A stretch of 63,327 nt of DNA, the filler included, from Diploschistes diacapsis (taxonomy: Eukaryota): the NCBI GenBank assembly GCA_023645945.1. It is 10 parts of 10 records of this genome, joined end to end, with 100 filler letters (N's around TTAATTAATTAA, not from the genome) between each part and the next. Parts side by side here need not be neighbours in the genome. Positions count along the whole stretch, not along the records: positions 45,056 to 63,327 come from JALAIB010000417.1; 9 more parts are not named here. One strand, written 5' to 3'. Below, piece after piece: positions 54,682 through 63,327 of this stretch. Made by a program: the position numbers and the translations under genes. Within the stretch, counting starts at the first letter, position 1, and each line of letters starts with the position of its first letter. Under the pieces are notes generated by a model. That model was not told the DNA's origin, did not search any database, and was given only the letters and a program-made list of their open reading frames with translations.

Positions 54682-55949
54682 AATGGCACGTGCTCTGTGG
54701 AAGAACGCTAGGTAGGATATTGGGTAGGGATCTCGCTTACGGATGGCAGAGGAGCTCTGAATGAGGTCAGGTGAAGCTATCAGAGCAGAGAAATAGAACA
54801 AAAGTAGTGGGTGAGAAATAAGAGGAAGGGGTAGGCTACTCGTGTTATTTGATGAAAACCGTGCAGTTGGTGATAAAGAAGAGAAGAAAAACAAAGATTG
54901 GAGAAGCAGCCGTGATTGAAGTGACTAACTTTAGAATGAACTCGAGCACAACTCACGTCTGAATCGAAATTTGGATGAACACCTGGTACCTACGGCGACC
55001 ATAATAGAAGGATCCTATCCCAGATTATCATGAGTAGACTTTGATTAGAGACAGAACATGAACGAAATCTTTTCGAAGTATTCTAGGTTTTCTGGGTACA
55101 AGAAATTGCCTTTTTTGGAAATATGCTCAAGGTTCAGATGCTACATGAGGTTACCTTTCCTTTTCTCTCAACACCTCATATGACTTCATATGCCTAAGCA
55201 ACGGTCTCCTGACTTTAAGCGATCTATATAAGACTAGGAGATGGCGCATGTCATTGGATACTCTGGAGTACCATTGCAGACCCAGCAACCTGGCACTTCC
55301 CAAGCTCGTTATCTCAATCTTCAGTTTTCGCGAGTTGTACAGCATTATTTTATCGCTTACTATGTTTTCCAATGTTTGAAATCACCAGCCAATCTCATTA
55401 CTCTACGCCGTCGATGCTCAACTGGAAGTCGAACGTTTTGCGAGAGTCCGGACCGGTGTAAAAGCCTCTCTAACATACTACGAGAGCTCAATAGCTAGGC
55501 CCTCATACCAACGGTTAGAACATCAAAGCCTAAGTTGCAATATCCGGCTGTAACTCAAGCTTACGGGATAAACAGCAGGTGATATATCGCCTGACATGGT
55601 AGCATCACCACGGTCAAAGAGAACCTCACACTGGTCTCCCAGTATCGATACAAGCTGACACTTTGTGGAGATAAGGTAACTACCCTTCTTCTTCGCCCAA
55701 GCTCTAGGAAATTCCGAATACCTGTATAACGCTGGTCAATTGAACAGCTCTACTAAATACTTTCAATATAGGACTCTACCGATGTCCCAAAAACTGCGTG
55801 TTAGAGAGTACGATGCAGAGCTAAAGCTTGGTTTTTCTACGCTTCAGAAGAGAGGCTGCAATGACAAGGCTGCAACAAGCTTGCCACTATGATTGGTGTA
55901 TCTTGCATTTTGTTGTATCGTCTCTTGAATGTCTTTCGATTCACGGCTA

Positions 55950-58330
55950 GATGAACTTCTCTCTTCTCCAACCCCATTGCAATATGTTTTGAGATATTTG
56001 GGACTCGGCTTCATTAGCATTCGGCAAATCTAGCTTGACGCTGGTAACTATGGATGTTTGGAAAACTGCTGATGTGGAACGAGCGCAGTTCTCAAGTTCA
56101 GCGACTCTTTTATCTCTCCGCAATGGCGGCCAGCTTGATACTCCCGATTTCGACCACTCTGGAGAACTTGATATGATCCCGATTTTGACTCTGTAAGCTC
56201 GCTGGACACTAGAACTAATGATCTCATCGCTGCGGGCAATAGCGCCGCTCTTCACAAGAGATCCTTGAACCGCCTCGCTAAGCTCTTTTCCCGAGCTGAT
56301 GACCCGGGCTTTGTAGCTGCCACGTCTATAGTGGAGCATGTTGCAGAAGATAGCATGGACATCTTTATGGCCAGAAATCTAGGCTTCCATGACAAAGACA
56401 GAAAGCGACTAAAGGAGGATAAGACCCTTATCAATGTTCTTGAGAAGAGCATTACGATGATCTTCTTACGAGGGCCTGGTAAACTTTGTCAAAATGTAGG
56501 AGAACCTTCAAGCCTCACGTTGGTTAGATGCCTCGACCCACGCAGATATCTTGTGGAACGCAATGCTCAGGTACTGCAAATTAAGGCTGAAAGACCACAT
56601 ACAGCCACTCAAACAGGTTGTAAGATCACACAAGAAACGACTCTCGAATACAACTATAGGTTCGCTCCCTGCAAGAGATACGCAACTTCAGGACGCCTTG
56701 GGTTTCTGCGAAGACTGTCTGGATTTCAAGGTTGACCAATGGGATAACGAAGGTCTAAGTCATTTTGTTTGCCGAGCGTACGACCTCGGAGGCTGCGACC
56801 ACGGAGAGCGGGCGTTGCGCAATATGTTGCCGGACGGGATCGGCAAGAGAGTTTGGACACTGATCTGTTCTGTCGGTCGATCAAAAGCAGCTCGCCCCGT
56901 CTTCGTCGACCTCGCGTCGGGGCGCTCAGTTCTTTCGCGAACTTGAGAATTCAGGCCCTCAAAGTACAAAAAAAAAAGCTTCAAGGTGCATACCCAAGTT
57001 TCGAGCCTGACAGAAACTATGAGCCTCTGCGGCTTAGATAACGAACCACAACCGATTGAAAAGTACGTGACCAAAAAAGTTCCGAGGACAGAGGCCGAGC
57101 TTTTCGGAAATTACAGATGTTCCATGACCGCCAGAGGCAGCAGGGGTACGTTCACGCAGAGGTCCAAATTCTCATTCACTGGATACAGAACTCTCTCCGG
57201 GTCTTCGCTGCCTTATATAGGCTGCAGTAAGCGCAGCTGCTTCATGTGCTTCGTGTTCCTTAGCTGCTTCATTCCTCGGTTCGATTTACGTGGCTGCCAT
57301 GGAAAGCCGTACTACAAGTGGATCCCTCCTAACAATCCAGTGTCGGACCCCGAGAAAGCTCATCCTTTGGTTGAAGCCATTTCCACGACGTTCCGCATGT
57401 TTGGATTCCACGGAGGACTGTTCTATTCCAGAATGTCCCTTTAGAGGCGCCTCATCCGTGGCGTGAGAATGGGATGATGATCGAGAACACCATTCGCACC
57501 TTTGAGAAAATCCCCGAACACGGCAGAGGCGGATACTTTCCGTGGTTCCTGAAAAAGAGACACATCTTGAGCAGACCAAGCAGGCGGAAGAGGCCAAGAG
57601 GACAGCAAAATTGTACTTTAATCCAAATGACCGCACTAGGGATGTCACCAGCCTTAAACCATCCGGAAAGGGTAATGCCTTCCAACTTGTCATATGCAGC
57701 ATTGTCGATAGCCACCCCTCGCCCAACCAGCATCAGCTCTACTACGGCTTCGGTTTCATCCTTTGTTCTAACCCGGATGTCGAAGGCCGGCTGGGGTCCT
57801 TCTACATCTGTATACTTAGACACGACAGGCGAGGAGGCTTCGAGCGATTCCGGGAGGACAAGCTACCAACGAACCCGACTGTCCTGTCTTCGCGCTTTTG
57901 GGAGGCCTTGGAATCATACCCCGTGATTGAATTCTTCCGCCAACAAGGTTCCTATCAAGACTTTCGCGACCTTAACACTCCGCACCTGGAGGGTTTCATT
58001 CGTAGCAGCGTCCATCCCTCCGTATGGAGTCCAGGGTTATTCTGTCTCACCGCTGGGCTGGAAGCGCCGTTAAGGGTCCCAGTCGATTACGGGTTCATGA
58101 ACTGCGCCGCGCTCGACGAGAAACGGCTGCTGAAAGATAGGTACCGGGAGCGTCTGAAGAAGGTGGATCCAATGGACATCCATAGGGCTTGTGTGGGAGG
58201 CAGGCTATATGAGTGCGGTAAGAAGCACACATTATTAGCTTGCCGGATGACTCCGGGAGGCTGATGGGGAATTTCTACCCTTGAACGCGCTTTAGACTTT
58301 TTGTTTCTCCGAAGACATCGCGGTTCTCTT
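55950..58330 (+). pseudogene. OTT_1508-like nucleic-acid deaminase fused to a fungal DYGFxNC-type domain; frameshifted
   Basis: LNRLAKLFSR...FVAATSI...IFMARNLGF; YVHAEVQIL (57153-57161) is out of frame with PYIGCSKRSCFMC...RGCHGKPYYKW; downstream YYGFGF, VDYGFMNC, DPMDIHRACVGGRL. Boundaries approximate. Confidence 0.75.
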
Positions 58331-59146
58331 GCTACCAAGCGAAACAACCACCGGCATACCGGCTAGCATTGAGTTATTATCATAATTTCATGGCAGGCTC
58401 CAAGCTACATTACTTACTCTGGGTAGTAACAAAACACATTGTAGAAAAACAATAAACATGAGTATAGGTACTAAACAAGAGAGTTCGAGCACCTTGTCCA
58501 CAATGGACGTAACCCGCACCTATTACGGGCAGCCGTTATTCGGACCGTTATTTATATTTTATTTTTTGATACGGTACAGGTTCTTTCTACTATTACACAT
58601 AAATATACAGTACTAGCTTTTCCGGTAATGCTATGACTCAGCGCCAAGTTAACGGTCAGAATAAAAAACAATGTGATATTACAATATATACGCGAGAGAC
58701 CACACAGCTATCACAACCCACCTCATGAACTCCACCCGGCAGGGGAAAAAAGAAGTTCTAGCTTTTGTGCCTAGCCTTTTTACCCCTGCGGTGGGGTCAA
58801 TTTGGCATGTTATGATGGCGCATGCAAGAGTATTGGCACAGTCCATGGCTTTGGCGCCTTCTGTGGATGAGCAGATGAACCGGCTGACGAGAATGGACAT
58901 GAACGTCATGTAGGCTTGATTCCGGAGCCACGTCGCTGTCAAGCCACTAGGCATTGGGTGTATGTTGGGCCAGCTAAATATGCTGACAGCAGATGGAGAG
59001 CGCCGTCGCTGTTTGAGGATAGAGTAACCACCGAGAAAAGTACTCTGCTACAATTCTCTGGTGCAAACGGCCTAATTTGTCCCACCTCACACAGCTCCAT
59101 CCCAACTGCAAAACATACTAAAATCCTTACTATCCTCAGATATCAT

Positions 59147-59195
59147 AACACACACACACACACTCTCTCTCTCTCTCTTTTCTGTCTCTCTCTCA
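59147..59195. repeat. (CA)n(CT)n compound microsatellite
   Basis: Directly visible. Confidence 0.9.
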
Positions 59196-60379
59196 GAGTT
59201 CTCGGCTCTACACACTTCCCTCCAATCTGCCCCAGCCCCTCCTCCTTCCCCTCCGCAAATCTCGACATCCCCCTCAATCTCTGCCCAACTCTCATGAACA
59301 GCGCCGGCACCGACACCGGCACCGACAGACACGCCACCCCGCCCAACGGACTCGCCGGGGGGCCGAAGCCCAGGCCCGCAAAACAACGGCCGCACGCCAG
59401 CAGCGAGCGGATGATGGTGTTTGCGGCGGCGTGGTGGGCGCCGTCGGTGTCGACGAGGTAGGCAGTCGGGGATCTGTCAGAAGGCGGTGTTGAAGCCGGC
59501 GCCTATGAAAGGAGGGGGATTGAGAGAACGGAATGCGCACCGGCAGCGGACGATAGGAAGCGCCCAGCGGTACCCCAGCGCAGCTGTTCATCCGAACCAG
59601 AAGATCCCCGCCGTGATCAATCACCCACATACTGCCATGAGCGGCCGTGCCGCCGTTGCGCGACACGGCTGGGGCGCAGAATGGCGCGTTGGCGAAGTTG
59701 ACGGCGGGGGCGAAGCAGACACCGACGAAGATGCTAAGCAGGGGGTGGGATGGAGGCGAGGAGCGAGTAGTGGCGCTGCTTGGGGAAGACGATGGGGAAG
59801 ATCTCGAGGATGATGTATACGATTGACTGGACGAAGGAGACGCAGGTTGCGTTAGAGGGAGGAGAGGGTCTCTGAGGAACATGCTGGGGGAAAGGTTAGT
59901 TGGGATTTGGAAAGGAGGGAAAGAGCGAATGCTAAGCTGGAGGAGAGAAGGGGGAAAGGGGAGGAAAGGGGAAGAGATCATTTGATGTACCAAATTGGGC
60001 GAAGGAGATGCTTAATGAGGAGGTCACGGAAAGGTGATGTCTTTGCTATGAGATCACCGTATCAGGCTTTGCTGGAAGAGACACGTCCGAAGGAACACTT
60101 GAATCGTGGCTTACTGGCCACTCCTCTGGCTACAGTTGGTGGATATGTTTCGGAGGGACAAACAAAGTCGAGGGCGAAAATGCTGAATGCAAGGATTGCC
60201 TCAATACATTCTGTCTCTATAGCAACATCAGATTTGGAGTGCGTGGATGGAACTTAACTCATCAATTTAGACATTCAGCGCCACCCAGGAGTCGGATTAA
60301 TCTTCACTGCAGTGCCTAATAGGCCAGAGTGCTGGATCTCCGACAATACACAACGACACAAATGTCATTGCAGTTCCTC

Positions 60380-60804
60380 GATTCTTCGGGCTATAGACGT
60401 GGCGTTCGGGCTGGTTGCCGATCCAATACTGAAGAGGCCTAGGACGAAGACTGCTGGTAGGATGCCTAGTCGCCGGCCGTACACTTCGCTGATGGAGGCC
60501 CAGATCATAGGGGCCAAACACCCAACCTGGAACTGCTCAATTGTACCGCTTTCAACAGAGGTTTGAAGAAAACCCATTCTTTCGGCGAACCTAATACGAA
60601 AAATGTCGCCGTCAGAGAAGTCGCTTTTAGGCCGACATCCAAATCTTCCGCGATTGCCGAGTTCGTTGGCGCTATGGTGGATGAGCCCAATGAGCCGCCG
60701 AGAGCAAGCATGCTTGTCTGGAGCGTGAGGAAGGCTTTGTAGAAAGAACTGAAGCTCTTGGGATCCCAGGAGCTAGCTAGTTCGAGCCCCCTAGTTTCCA
60801 TCAT
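60380..60804 (-). pseudogene. Truncated DHA1-family MFS drug:H+ antiporter fragment
   Basis: DPKSFSSFYK...SLGSSTIAP...FFVLG, then PMIWASISEVYGRR...LGLFSIGSATSPNA; similarity stops after about TM3. Confidence 0.75.
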
Positions 60805-61821
60805 TTGTGGGTAGCTGAGACTTTACCTTGTTTGTCGGTCGAAAATGTAGGAGTGCCTGCTTCGATGTCGGTGGTTTGAAAAGACTTTGGACCAGCCATA
60901 TCGGGATTGATCCATCTCACGCAGGTTTTTTTCCCTCGGTCTACTATTGCTCTCAATCGTAATTGCTGCCTTTTTAGAGTACTTTGGTCCTGCTTCAGAG
61001 CTTCAGGGCAGATGTCCTTTAGACGAGGTGGTTGGACCATATCTATATCTGTCGTTGCAGATTTCATTATAGATTTATTGAGAATACGAGATAGATATGA
61101 TTGGGACTTAGTATTGGGCTGGTATAGCTAAAAGGGGTTTCCGCAGTTTAGTGACCTCCTGGACGATCGCGGTGGCTAATGCCCCAAGCTAGGACTTAGT
61201 CATCGTCTGATTTCTAAAGAAACTTGATACGGCTCAATCATTAAGGCAATCAGAGAGCCTCAAGCAAACTGACGGAGTTACAAAACGTGTTACGCTAGAA
61301 CTTGAACTTTGCTAGGTCTATGCCAAGAGCTCTTACGCGCTAGACTCAATTAGTTACTAGCCAGCGACGGTCGCTGAATATCTAGCGCCAACGCGCTCTT
61401 CACCTCTTCCCGACTCAGACATCAAATTGCCAACAGCGGCCGCCATCGATCTCTTAGTCTACCTTTGGTCATCAGTAACCGAGTTTGCTGATCTCGTTAC
61501 ATCCACCAATCCTCGTGGTTCCGAAGTAACTAACCCCAAGCCGGCCGCGCATCACATCAACGCGTGGTATCTAACGCTAACGCGTGGATCAACCGGGCAA
61601 CTTAGGCAGCCCCTGACAAGCCGAAGCGTTCCTTCGAAGCTGCGCTGAGCGTAGAGGGCATCAGCAGCTCAAGGCGAAAGAGCCGTGAAGGTTTGAAGAG
61701 CGCCAAGGACCGGGTGGTTCACCGAAGCCACTTCTCAGCATCTACGCGCTAGTGGTTCGAGGAGACTACACACAGAACCTCGAAGTCACCCAGGATCCAC
61801 ATCCAGAGCAGACTTGCAGCG

Positions 61822-63327
61822 ATGGCGTCGTCGTTCAACGAGTTTGCCGTGCAGTCGTGTGAAACCTGCAAGGGCCGCAAGAGGGCTTGCAACAAGGTTC
61901 TACCGAGCTGTGGCTACTGCAAAAGGCGAAAGCTAGAATGCAGGTACGAAACCCCCCAAAATGAAACTAGCCTCGACGCTGCGACGATTCCCATGCCGCC
62001 TCCAATCAACCTGGTGCCGACCAAGGATATAGCCAAGCGAGGCCAAGGCCCTCCTCCCGCGCCGCTGACTTCCCCTTTCGACGCATTGATCACAGCAAAG
62101 GGGGGCGTCATACTGGATCAGATGTTGCAAACGGAAGTCGGCAAGATCTCCGGAGCTCTGGGCTTGACTTGGGAGTACATCAGCGTCCAGTTTTTTCGCT
62201 TCTTCAACAGGTGGCTTCCTGTCACCTTTGCGGCCCTTCTGGACGAGTCTCTGAATTCGTACGCCAACTCGAGATATCCGCCATCCGCGGACCTTTCCGT
62301 CTTCATACTCGCCATTACACTCGTCACGTTGCACCTGCCGGGTGAATCGAAGCTGAAGATCTTCCCTCAGGACATGTACCTAACGGTCAAGACTCTATTC
62401 GGCCGCGTGCAAGCCGAGGTCACCGCTTCCACCCGACTTGTGCAAGCCAGCCTCCTCGTCTCCGCCTTCGAGTACGCCTGCGGTCGACCGGACGCAGCCT
62501 GGATCTCCATCGGCAACTGCGCCAAGATGGCCCAAGCCATCGGCCTGTACGGCCGCGAGCGCCGCGAGGGCATCCCGCCCGGCTTCAACCTCGCCGCGCT
62601 GGAAGAGCGCAACGTGTGGTGGTGCATCGCGATCATGGAGCGCGTCATCCTCTGCGAGGTCCCGCACCAGGTCCTGCGCCCGACGAGCGACTATCCCAAC
62701 CTCGCGGCGCCGCTCCCCTCGGAATCCGTCCCCGCGGACATGGGCAACCAGATGTCGCTCCAAGATACCCCCACGCTCTCCGCCCGCGACGCCCCCAACA
62801 TCTCCCCCTTCGGCCGCCAGGCGCAAGCCGCCCACCTCCTCTCCCAGCTCCTGCACCTGACCTACATCGCCACCTTCTCCCCACCCGAAGCCGAGGCCAT
62901 CCTGCCGAAACTGCGTAGCCTCGACCACAGCCTGCAGTCCCTCCTCGCGCACACCATGGCCTCGACCAACAACAACGCCGGCAGCAGCTCCTCGCGGTCG
63001 GAGTCGCTGCACCTGCGCACCGGCCCCGTGGCGGCGACGTCGATCATCGTGCGCGCGCTCTTCACGCTGCACGAGTACATCCTCGCCTACCCGATCCCCG
63101 GCAAGAGCGCGACGGACGACAACAACTCGCGCGCCGCGTGCCGCACGATGACGCGCATCATGATCGACAGCGCCAACGACCACTACAAGAGGCTGCAGGC
63201 GGACGACATCGATAGCGTGGCGCTGAGCAGCAGGTACAACCTGCGCGCCGCGCTCAGGTGGACGGCGGACGAGGAGGAGGGGAAGATCCTGAGGAGGTTG
63301 GACAAGGCGGTCAGCGGGCGCTGGAGG
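61822..63327 (+). CDS. Zn(II)2Cys6 fungal transcription factor; runs off the right edge
   Basis: CETCKGRKRACNKVLPSCGYCKRRKLEC, then middle homology region (FNRWLP, LVQASLLVSAFEY, EERNVWWCIAIMER). Frame is open to 63327. Confidence 0.92.
   Translation, partial: MASSFNEFAVQSCETCKGRKRACNKVLPSCGYCKRRKLECRYETPQNETSLDAATIPMPPPINLVPTKDIAKRGQGPPPAPLTSPFDALITAKGGVILDQMLQTEVGKISGALGLTWEYISVQFFRFFNRWLPVTFAALLDESLNSYANSRYPPSADLSVFILAITLVTLHLPGESKLKIFPQDMYLTVKTLFGRVQAEVTASTRLVQASLLVSAFEYACGRPDAAWISIGNCAKMAQAIGLYGRERREGIPPGFNLAALEERNVWWCIAIMERVILCEVPHQVLRPTSDYPNLAAPLPSESVPADMGNQMSLQDTPTLSARDAPNISPFGRQAQAAHLLSQLLHLTYIATFSPPEAEAILPKLRSLDHSLQSLLAHTMASTNNNAGSSSSRSESLHLRTGPVAATSIIVRALFTLHEYILAYPIPGKSATDDNNSRAACRTMTRIMIDSANDHYKRLQADDIDSVALSSRYNLRAALRWTADEEEGKILRRLDKAVSGRWR

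Noticed and set aside
59292..59993. GC-rich overlapping ORFs near the CA/CT repeat
   Set aside because: Low complexity on both strands; coding strand cannot be determined.
62395..63183. 262-aa minus-strand ORF and other GC-rich antisense ORFs (also 89-1003)
   Set aside because: Shadow ORFs of high-GC3 genes on the opposite strand.

Overview
Filamentous ascomycete (Pezizomycotina-like) genomic DNA with spliceosomal introns. The window is not contiguous: nine identical 100-bp linkers (N44-TTAATTAATTAA-N44) join 10 separate contigs. Contig A (1-18445) holds a PAS-type hybrid histidine kinase, the chitin synthase activator Skt5/Chs4 head-to-head with a class IV chitin synthase (a Tc1-like hairpin MITE lies in their shared upstream region), CPT1/EPT1 and a truncated SAS4-like gene. 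Contig B (18546-36932) holds AP-1 beta adaptin, then a four-gene block (F-box-like ORF, flavin polyamine oxidase, HeLo-like/NB-ARC/TPR NLR, spermidine synthase), a MITE, a HIRIP3-like gene, tRNA-Ser(GCT) and ARP1. Seven 1046-1047 bp AT-rich contigs (37033-44955) consist of RIP-degraded LTR retrotransposon and MITE debris. Contig C (45056-end) holds a GIT1-like permease, a run of decaying genes (MetE-like pseudogene, an orphan Zn-finger gene with one stop, an OTT_1508-like deaminase fusion pseudogene, an MFS fragment) and a Zn2Cys6 transcription factor. The best candidate for a new system is the NLR flanked on both sides by polyamine-metabolism genes. Exon boundaries were read by eye and family calls come from motif recognition, not database searches.
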